A stretch of 6,053 nt of DNA from positions 1 to 6,053 of IMG/VR virus record IMGVR_UViG_3300020029_000016, one strand, 5' to 3'. The position numbers and the translations under genes were made by a program. This DNA comes from a virus. Shown in pieces: positions 1-4,619 of the stretch (the first letter of the stretch is position 1; every line of letters begins with the position of its first letter). The notes under the pieces were generated by a model, which worked only from the letters and a program-made list of their open reading frames with translations, ran no database searches and had not been told where the DNA came from.

Positions 1-121
1 ACCAACCTCGGGGGTATGCCAATTGAGCAGCCGAAAGGTTAGGCGACATAGGAACATTGCTAGAAGTCGGCGTCGGGATAGAAGCTGGAACAACGCGCAA
101 CCAACGAAGCAATGAGTTAGA
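1..121. repeat. Terminal redundancy, copy A: identical to 5933-6053. This is the circular-genome overlap and sets the unit length at 5932 nt.
   Basis: Base-by-base comparison of 1-121 (accaacctcgggggtatgcc...gcaatgagttaga) with 5933-6053 shows 121/121 identity. The repeat lies inside a coding frame that stays open across the junction. Confidence 0.97.
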
Positions 122-478
122 ATAAGGATAATTATTAGTAGTAAAGGGGTAAGATCCGGTCGTAGAAGCAGCAATGAAATTCAAGCTTAAGCTGTTCATG
201 TCAAACTTGCTACTATTCGTCCTCATCTCAGGGTGATACAGCTGAAGTGGCACCCAAAAACGGTGAAGTCGAATAGTATAGGGATTAAACGTCGGAACAG
301 CAAGAGGATTACTGCGGACGTCGATGCCTTGTTCGATAGAAACGCGGTCGCGGGCATTAATAAAATCAATTCGCACCGGATAGAGAATACCCGGTGTGCA
401 TGTAAAGGCTTTACTCTCAGGGACATCATAGCGAGAGTAGCCATTTACAGCATGTGAAATAAAAGGTTGTTTTCCCAT
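1..478 (-). CDS. VP1: Major capsid protein VP1 (phiX174 F-like jelly-roll), 5' part. It continues across the circular junction into 4620..5932.
   Basis: The minus-strand ATG is at 478 (cat at 476-478), 3 nt after the Rep stop. Hand translation gives MGKQPFISHAVNGYSRYDVPESKAFTCTPGILYPVRIDFINARDRVSIEQGIDVRSNPLAVPTFNPYTIRLHRFWVPLQLYHPEMRTNSSKFDMNSLSLNFIAASTTGSYPFTTNNYPYSNSLLRWLRVVPAS. There is no stop down to base 1. The frame matches the 4620..6044 ORF through the 1=5933 identity. The piece is missing from the ORF track only because it has no stop before the window edge. The joined CDS is 1791 nt (596 aa). Size, position after VP4 and N-terminal pattern fit microvirus VP1. Confidence 0.9.
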   Translation of the reverse strand, partial: MGKQPFISHAVNGYSRYDVPESKAFTCTPGILYPVRIDFINARDRVSIEQGIDVRSNPLAVPTFNPYTIRLHRFWVPLQLYHPEMRTNSSKFDMNSLSLNFIAASTTGSYPFTTNNYPYSNSLLRWLRVVPASIPTPTSSNVPMSPNLSAAQLAYPRGW

Positions 479-481
479 AAA

Positions 482-1552
482 TTAAGTAATTAGTTGAAGT
501 TTATAATGATCTCTCCAAAACTGAAGAATATCCATATCTAACCAAGTAGGAGGATCAAAGTCAGGCATCTTCCGAGAAGAGGCAGAAAAACGCATTATTT
601 GCTTTTGCTCCCACATATACGACGCTCTACAGGATACGGCGGAATTGAGCGCGAACCGCTCAACACACAAAGAGACAATACGCTTAACCAAAGAAGACTT
701 GCTAAAACGTGCATAAGCATCAGCAGCGGCAATCGAGCGGACAACTTCGTCTTCCGGTTTGAGATATTTACGATAATATCGAGGAATCGAGTAATTATAA
801 TTGATACGCTTCGAAAAATCGAAATAAGACCACGTCGAAACACGAGCAGAAGGGCGAGGCATATAACCAAGGAAATCACCAACGCCAGCAGATACGAATT
901 TTCGCGTATAACGGCGATGTTGGAGGAGGCAAGATAAAGGTGTAAGTTTTCCATCTACGGTAACATATTTATCCGAAATTTCTTCGGGATTAAATTGAAT
1001 TTGTTTAGTAACATACTTTACACAATAACGAGCACGTTTATGAGTAGCTTTCGCAAGCCACACAAAACCAAGGTCTCGAACAGCAGAACGAATCGTATTA
1101 TAGAGAACATTTGTGCCGAAAAGAAAGCCGTGAAAATGCAAACGAGGTTCATTTCCCATTTCAGGATGAGTGCCAAACTCTTGGAAAAAAGCGTGTTTGA
1201 ACGAATGACCGAGTTTGTGCCGCAAGCGTTCATTGAAACGACGAATGAATCGAGAAGGGTCGAGCAGTGCCTCGTTATAGTACTTCGGAGCGATTGTAAT
1301 TGTGATAAAAATAGCCTGCTGGTTATCAGCTTTACAGCGAGTAAGCTCGCGTTCAAGGCGAACAAACCAGTCATTACGCTGACGACGCAAACAGTCTTCA
1401 CACTTGCCACAAGGAACCATCAGCCACTGGCGGACGATATCCCAGGGCCGAAGAGCAAGAGCAGACTTTGCGACATCAGAGCCGTTGCGACAAGGATTCT
1501 TTTTGTCGAAATAACGACGATTACGTATCCATATGGGCGATGAACAAGGCAT
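482..1552 (-). CDS. VP4: Replication initiator protein VP4 (rolling-circle HUH endonuclease, phiX174 protein A-like)
   Basis: This is a 356-aa ORF. The N-terminus MPCSSP is typical of microvirus VP4. It has a Cys cluster CGKCEDC (aa 48-54) and motif 1 FITIT (aa 82-86, nt 1295-1309). The HUH motif LHFHGFLF has His139-Phe-His141 at nt 1130-1138, checked codon by codon. The twin-tyrosine motif YCVKYVTK (aa 176-183, nt 1004-1027) has the same YxxKYxxK pattern as phiX174 A. The start overlaps the upstream stop (TAATG, 1550-1554). The stop TAA is at 482-484. Confidence 0.93.
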   Translation of the reverse strand: MPCSSPIWIRNRRYFDKKNPCRNGSDVAKSALALRPWDIVRQWLMVPCGKCEDCLRRQRNDWFVRLERELTRCKADNQQAIFITITIAPKYYNEALLDPSRFIRRFNERLRHKLGHSFKHAFFQEFGTHPEMGNEPRLHFHGFLFGTNVLYNTIRSAVRDLGFVWLAKATHKRARYCVKYVTKQIQFNPEEISDKYVTVDGKLTPLSCLLQHRRYTRKFVSAGVGDFLGYMPRPSARVSTWSYFDFSKRINYNYSIPRYYRKYLKPEDEVVRSIAAADAYARFSKSSLVKRIVSLCVERFALNSAVSCRASYMWEQKQIMRFSASSRKMPDFDPPTWLDMDILQFWRDHYKLQLIT

Positions 1553-1752
1553 TAGAGCAAGCTTCGAAGACAGTCAAATTTAACATAAGGATGATCAAGA
1601 CGACAACGAACGAGATAATCATTCGCAGGAATTTCGTCGGCAAACCAAGCAATAACAACTCGCTTTTTGCCTCGATATGCGCCAATAGAAAAGCGAAAAG
1701 GAGTGCTATTAACGACAGGCGAAAACCGGGGGCGGAAATCAAAATAATCCAT
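1552..1752 (-). CDS. Hypothetical 66-aa protein, translationally coupled to VP4
   Basis: ATG is at 1752. The TAA stop at 1552-1554 shares one base with the VP4 ATG (TAATG). By my hand count about 38 of 66 codons end in T, the same third-position T bias seen in VP1. The competing hydrophobic ORF 1521..1742 starts on TTG and lacks that bias. The protein is mildly basic (11 K/R against 7 D/E). I recognise no family. Confidence 0.6.
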   Translation of the reverse strand: MDYFDFRPRFSPVVNSTPFRFSIGAYRGKKRVVIAWFADEIPANDYLVRCRLDHPYVKFDCLRSLL

Positions 1753-1780
1753 AAAAAAGTATATACGAGTTAAATGGAAG

Positions 1781-1842
1781 AACCCACAGGGGGTACCTTA
1801 CCGCTTCGCGGTGGCCACAGCCTTCGGCTGTCCCCTGGGGTT
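1781..1842 (-). promoter_or_regulatory. GC-rich three-way-junction stem-loop element in the main intergenic region (candidate complementary-strand origin and/or transcription terminator)
   Basis: The outer stem pairs 1781-1792 with 1832-1842 (11 Watson-Crick pairs, A1786 bulged). It encloses hairpin 1800-1812 (accgc-ttc-gcggt) and hairpin 1817-1831 (acagcc-ttc-ggctgt). On the coding (presumed packaged) strand the hairpin cores read GCGAAGC and CCGAAGG. The element lies in the only long non-coding stretch (1753-1887). Confidence 0.6.
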
Positions 1843-1847
1843 CGATT

Positions 1848-1866
1848 AATTTAAAGAACTCTTCCA
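1848..1866. repeat. 19-nt motif aatttaaagaactcttcca, contiguous copy (coding strand TGGAAGAGTTCTTTAAATT)
   Basis: Its first 12 nt recur exactly at 4186-4197 and its last 11 nt recur exactly at 4255-4265. Both of those sites lie in the other non-coding gap. Confidence 0.6.
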
Positions 1867-1887
1867 CCAAGCGGACGGGTAACTACT

Positions 1888-2211
1888 CTAGTTCCCTTTC
1901 CCTTCTTCTTCCGACGAGCTTTCATTGCGATCAAGATCAAGGTCAAACATAAGGACAAGCGTATTATCAAAAAACTCAACTTCAAAGTTCAAATACATGG
2001 TTAAGGCTCCTACAAGACGAGAAACAGAGTAGTGTTCAATATAGGGCGAATCAGAGATACTGGAATGCTCTATAAAAGACGCAATTGGCGTACCATTAAA
2101 TGCGTCAAGAGGAAGCGAAACAAACTGACCTTCCTTAATATGGCCTACCTGGACAAGATCAATCTTGAAAGCCGGATTAATGCGGCGGATAACAACATGA
2201 ACGTGTGTCAT
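1888..2211 (-). CDS. Hypothetical 107-aa protein with an acidic C-terminal tail
   Basis: ATG is at 2211 and the TAG stop at 1888-1890. The ORF is non-overlapping and sits 23 nt downstream of ORF101 on the same strand as every other gene. Its tail is DLDLDRNESSSEEEGKGN. I recognise no family. Confidence 0.6.
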   Translation of the reverse strand: MTHVHVVIRRINPAFKIDLVQVGHIKEGQFVSLPLDAFNGTPIASFIEHSSISDSPYIEHYSVSRLVGALTMYLNFEVEFFDNTLVLMFDLDLDRNESSSEEEGKGN

Positions 2212-2234
2212 AACAATACTATTTAATGTTTAAT

Positions 2235-2540
2235 TTAGAGACTATCGTAAAAACGCTCCCAAGCCTCGGACTGCTCGATCCAAAAATCGTAACCCTCCGG
2301 AGTTGAAGTAAACAGAAAAGCGGAAGTAATGAGAGTTGCAGGGCCAAGACTAGACGAACTATAAACATATCGGATGTGGTCACGTAAGCAGTCTCGAAAG
2401 GTTTGCTGAACCGTAGGGATGCGATCGTAGTTCGCCCTAAAGGCAGTAAATATTCCTCGGCGGACAAGCCAGTCTACGAAGGCATACTCCATAACATCGA
2501 ATACCAGTTCGTCAACTACAGGTCGTTTAAGCTTTTTCAT
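2235..2540 (-). CDS. Hypothetical 101-aa protein
   Basis: ATG is at 2540 and the TAA stop at 2235-2237. It is preceded by a promoter-like spacer and fills the space between VP2 and ORF107 with no overlap. The C-terminal aromatic motif FLFTSTPEGYDFWIEQSEAWERFY is noted but not assignable by eye. Confidence 0.65.
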   Translation of the reverse strand: MKKLKRPVVDELVFDVMEYAFVDWLVRRGIFTAFRANYDRIPTVQQTFRDCLRDHIRYVYSSSSLGPATLITSAFLFTSTPEGYDFWIEQSEAWERFYDSL

Positions 2541-2566
2541 AATAAGAAGATTATTGGTTTACAGCA

Positions 2567-2598
2567 CAAATGTAACAACAAAAAATTTAAAATGCAAA
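2567..2598 (-). promoter_or_regulatory. Bacteroidetes-type promoter candidate (-33 TTTG / -7 TAnnTTTG) upstream of ORF101
   Basis: The minus strand reads TTTG (2598-2595), then a 20-nt spacer (2594-2575), then TACATTTG (2574-2567). The box ends 26 nt upstream of the ORF101 ATG at 2540. It sits in a 73-nt AT-rich spacer after the VP2 stop that also contains a T9 run. Confidence 0.5.
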
Positions 2599-2613
2599 AA
2601 AAAACCAAAAATC

Positions 2614-3984
2614 TTAACGAGATTTGCGGGTATTGCCATACGAACTCGAATAACCACTACGATTAATCTCCGTTTTTGCGTAACCAACAACATTTCCGCG
2701 CGAATCATAACGGGTTGTCAACGAGGAACCCGCAGAACTACTGGAAGAACCGCCAGCTGAGACAGTACTAGCCGCGCGAGACATGCCTCCGCGAATTATG
2801 CCTGCACCAGCAACACTAGCGGCCGCGCCAACTAAGGCCTTAGAGATTTCAACATACGGATCAATCTTTGCGTTGCGAAGGGCAATACGAGCTTGCTCGG
2901 GAAGAAAATCAGAGGCGTTTGCCTCGTTTATAATAGTTTTATCATGGAAGTCTTTAAGCGACATTGAGATTTTAAAAGTCCTAGGGCCAGGATTTCCACG
3001 GGTGATAGGATTTTTACTTCTAAGATTTTCAGAATACTGAGGATTCGGAATTTCAATATCGAAACGCTTCTCCCAATTACGCGCGAGTTCGTTAGCAGTA
3101 TCGAGATTATTCAAGCGCAGAGACTCTATAACCTCACGAGCTTGCTCGCCGAGAATTTGATTAAAAGAACCCTGAGTATTCATCATAAAAGCTTGTGCTG
3201 ACATAACAGCGCCCAAATTCTCATTCTCTATACCCAAGCGACGAACCTCTGCAGCAACAAGAGCAGCTTGACTCTTCTTTTCGTCAATAGAGCTCAAAAG
3301 AGTAACATCGGAAATAAAGAGGGCATTCTTCTCGATATTCTCCTGCACCTTAAGAACGTCAGCAACAGCTAGATTATGCTTTGTAGCGGCCTGATCTAAA
3401 GCTATACGAGTTTGAGCCATGAGAGTATACAGTTGACTACCGACGTTTTGATCATTAATCGATTTAGCCTCAGCATTATCACGATTAGCAGCAGCATCGT
3501 TACGGCTTACCGTTGACTGTGCAACCATATTCTGCGCAATAGCAGTGGGATCACCGGGTGAAAAAGCACCAGGAGAGACAGGAGCGCCGCCTGAAGGACC
3601 AGACGCGGCAGGCATACCCGCAGAACCACCAGACATAGTAGCATTCACACCAACACCGGAAGATCCTAAAACAGCGGCAGGGGTCACGCCAGCCTTCAAG
3701 TAACGATCGAAAACCTTCGAAGGATCATTATAGGCATTCTCGTAATCGAATTGTTTCTGCCAATTAGCATAAGAGAGCTCAGACTGTTTTTGCATTTGCT
3801 CTAAAGCATATTGCTGCTGAAGCTTCATTTGCTTCTGCTGATAACGCCATTGGCGGCGAGCATTCATGCCTCCAAAAAGCTGACCAAGAGCACCACTTAT
3901 TAGACCAGTAGCGCCTGTGGAAGCAGCAGACTGGCCAAGGGCCTGGCCAAAGGATGAGGCGACAGGGGCAATGGGACCGGGCAT
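2614..3984 (-). CDS. VP2: Minor capsid / DNA pilot protein VP2 (phiX174 H-like)
   Basis: This 456-aa ORF is the second largest gene. Both termini are rich in Gly/Ala/Ser. It has a Q/K-rich helix (RRQWRYQQKQMKLQQQYALEQMQKQ). The block YLKAGVTPAAVLG resembles the conserved KAAG(L/I)NP block of microvirus VP2 proteins. A long helical central region (about aa 165-300) is compatible with a coiled-coil DNA-translocation tube. ATG is at 3984, 1 nt after the upstream stop. The TAA stop is at 2614-2616. Confidence 0.85.
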   Translation of the reverse strand: MPGPIAPVASSFGQALGQSAASTGATGLISGALGQLFGGMNARRQWRYQQKQMKLQQQYALEQMQKQSELSYANWQKQFDYENAYNDPSKVFDRYLKAGVTPAAVLGSSGVGVNATMSGGSAGMPAASGPSGGAPVSPGAFSPGDPTAIAQNMVAQSTVSRNDAAANRDNAEAKSINDQNVGSQLYTLMAQTRIALDQAATKHNLAVADVLKVQENIEKNALFISDVTLLSSIDEKKSQAALVAAEVRRLGIENENLGAVMSAQAFMMNTQGSFNQILGEQAREVIESLRLNNLDTANELARNWEKRFDIEIPNPQYSENLRSKNPITRGNPGPRTFKISMSLKDFHDKTIINEANASDFLPEQARIALRNAKIDPYVEISKALVGAAASVAGAGIIRGGMSRAASTVSAGGSSSSSAGSSLTTRYDSRGNVVGYAKTEINRSGYSSSYGNTRKSR

Positions 3985-3985
3985 A

Positions 3986-4177
3986 CTAAACGTGTGTTAA
4001 ATTGTTAGAACGAATAATGTAATCAACACGGACGGTATCAACATGAACGCCACTACGCTGTAATCTAGCTTGAGCGGAACACGAAGCAAGAAAAAAAGCG
4101 GCCAAAGCAGCAACAATAGAGGAAACGAGCGTCCAAAAAGCCTTCGATTTGTAAAATGGTTGTCTAGTATCGGACAT
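3986..4177 (-). CDS. Small putative lipoprotein / membrane protein: 63-aa precursor, 31-aa mature part. An alternative upstream ATG at 4288 would give 100 aa.
   Basis: Hand translation from ATG 4177 gives MSDTRQPFYKSKAFWTLVSSIVAALAAFFLASCSAQARLQRSGVHVDTVRVDYIIRSNNLTHV. That is a basic n-region, a 16-residue hydrophobic core, then the lipobox L-A-S-C with Cys33 (nt 4079-4081). The TAG stop at 3986-3988 lies 1 nt before the VP2 ATG. The 37-aa Arg-rich extension from 4288 would bury the signal peptide. That extension also overlaps sequence motifs shared with a region that is clearly non-coding. Confidence 0.6.
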   Translation of the reverse strand: MSDTRQPFYKSKAFWTLVSSIVAALAAFFLASCSAQARLQRSGVHVDTVRVDYIIRSNNLTHV

Positions 4178-4185
4178 GGTAGTAA

Positions 4186-4197
4186 AATTTAAAGAAC
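4186..4197. repeat. Half-copy 1 of the 19-nt intergenic motif (aatttaaagaac)
   Basis: Exact 12-nt match to 1848-1859. It lies 9-20 nt upstream of the lipoprotein ATG at 4177. Confidence 0.55.
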
Positions 4198-4254
4198 GAT
4201 AGAAAAATGCGCGGCCTCTCCTGCAGTCGTTACCAATAACCTTCAGAAATTCAC

Positions 4255-4265
4255 GAACTCTTCCA
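4255..4265. repeat. Half-copy 2 of the 19-nt intergenic motif (gaactcttcca)
   Basis: Exact 11-nt match to 1856-1866. It shares the tetranucleotide gaac with half-copy 1, and 57 nt (4198-4254) separate the two halves. Confidence 0.55.
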
Positions 4266-4310
4266 GAAGGGGTCCGCGCACGTAGCATATATCGTCAAGT
4301 AAAGGATGTA

Positions 4311-4607
4311 CTATTTTTCTTCAGAGTTAGTAGACTTCGAAGCAGGCTTTGACCTATCCAGCTCTAAATCAATAAGTTCCTGACCAACCTCGAGACCATC
4401 GAACTTATCCATACGAGAGAATGAATTAGGGTCAAAATCGATTTCAGGATTAAACTTTTCACCCTTATCAAAATCAGAAGGATCTACCAACACATCCGGA
4501 CGACCAGGGAGAACATCAACGGACCCAGAGCCGTCGAGAACGGAAAGAATACGCTGACCGCGAGAAACATAGGCGGGAGCATCTTCAAGAAGCCAATCAA
4601 GTGCCAT
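4311..4607 (-). CDS. Hypothetical 98-aa highly acidic protein (possible scaffolding-type protein)
   Basis: ATG is at 4607, 12 nt after the VP1 stop. The TAG stop is at 4311-4313. The protein has 14 Asp and 8 Glu against 11 Lys/Arg, is rich in Pro/Asp/Phe and has no hydrophobic segment. The ORF is non-overlapping and on the same strand as the other genes. Confidence 0.6.
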   Translation of the reverse strand: MALDWLLEDAPAYVSRGQRILSVLDGSGSVDVLPGRPDVLVDPSDFDKGEKFNPEIDFDPNSFSRMDKFDGLEVGQELIDLELDRSKPASKSTNSEEK

Positions 4608-4619
4608 AAAATCAATGTA

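Noticed and set aside
223-457. ORF-track entries 223..444 (-) and 233..457 (+), 73-74 aa
   Set aside because: Both lie entirely inside the unlisted N-terminal part of VP1 (478..1, minus strand, frame continuous with 4620..6044). One is out of frame and the other is antisense. Their translations have no protein-like features.
595-954. 119-aa alternative-frame minus-strand ORF inside VP4 with two hydrophobic stretches (YLLALVISLVICLALLLVF and LPLLMLMHVLASLLWLSVLSLCVL). I considered it as a phiX174 E-like overprinted lysis gene.
   Set aside because: Off-frame readings of this T-rich coding strand are generically Leu/Ile/Phe-rich. There is no independent start context, coupling or motif. Conservation of the open frame, with constrained synonymous sites in VP4 across relatives, would be needed to revive the idea.
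995-1543. Plus-strand ORFs antisense to confident genes: 599..937, 995..1543, 1468..1773, 2032..2226, 2403..2666, 2554..2760, 2783..3040, 4800..5438, 5715..6047
   Set aside because: All are antisense to well-supported minus-strand CDSs in a genome where every recognisable gene is on one strand. Their translations are low-complexity and rich in Arg/Ser/Ile/Asn, with no motifs.
1521-1742. 73-aa hydrophobic ORF overlapping ORF66 and the VP4 start (possible small membrane protein)
   Set aside because: It starts on TTG, runs 32 nt into VP4 and lacks the third-position T bias of the confident genes. The competing frame (1552..1752) has an ATG, that bias, and an exact TAATG junction with VP4.
1781-1842. 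Possible tRNA or tRNA-like gene, suggested by the cloverleaf-like fold
   Set aside because: The element is only 62 nt with two internal arms. It has no anticodon arm of the right geometry and no T-loop (GTTCRANYC) or D-loop consensus. I interpret it as a structural DNA/RNA element.
2596-2604. A9 run (T9 on the coding strand) just after the VP2 stop, considered as a terminator U-tract or slippery site
   Set aside because: There is no stable GC hairpin immediately upstream; the only pairing is a weak 5-bp aaatc/gattt stem. The run lies outside any CDS. It is more simply part of the AT-rich promoter spacer.
4208-4280. Inverted repeat tgcgcgg (4208-4214) / ccgcgca (4274-4280), followed on the coding strand by TTTTT. 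I considered it as an intrinsic terminator after ORF98.
   Set aside because: The stem is only 7 bp and the loop is 59 nt. A match of this size is expected by chance about once in two in a 133-nt region, so it is not a convincing terminator.
4178-4288. The longer 100-aa version of the lipobox ORF, starting at ATG 4288, as the primary gene model
   Set aside because: The 37-aa Arg-rich extension would put the signal peptide about 50 residues from the N-terminus. The segment also contains both half-copies of a motif found in clearly non-coding DNA. I keep it only as an alternative or dual start, because the frame is open and codon bias does not settle the question.
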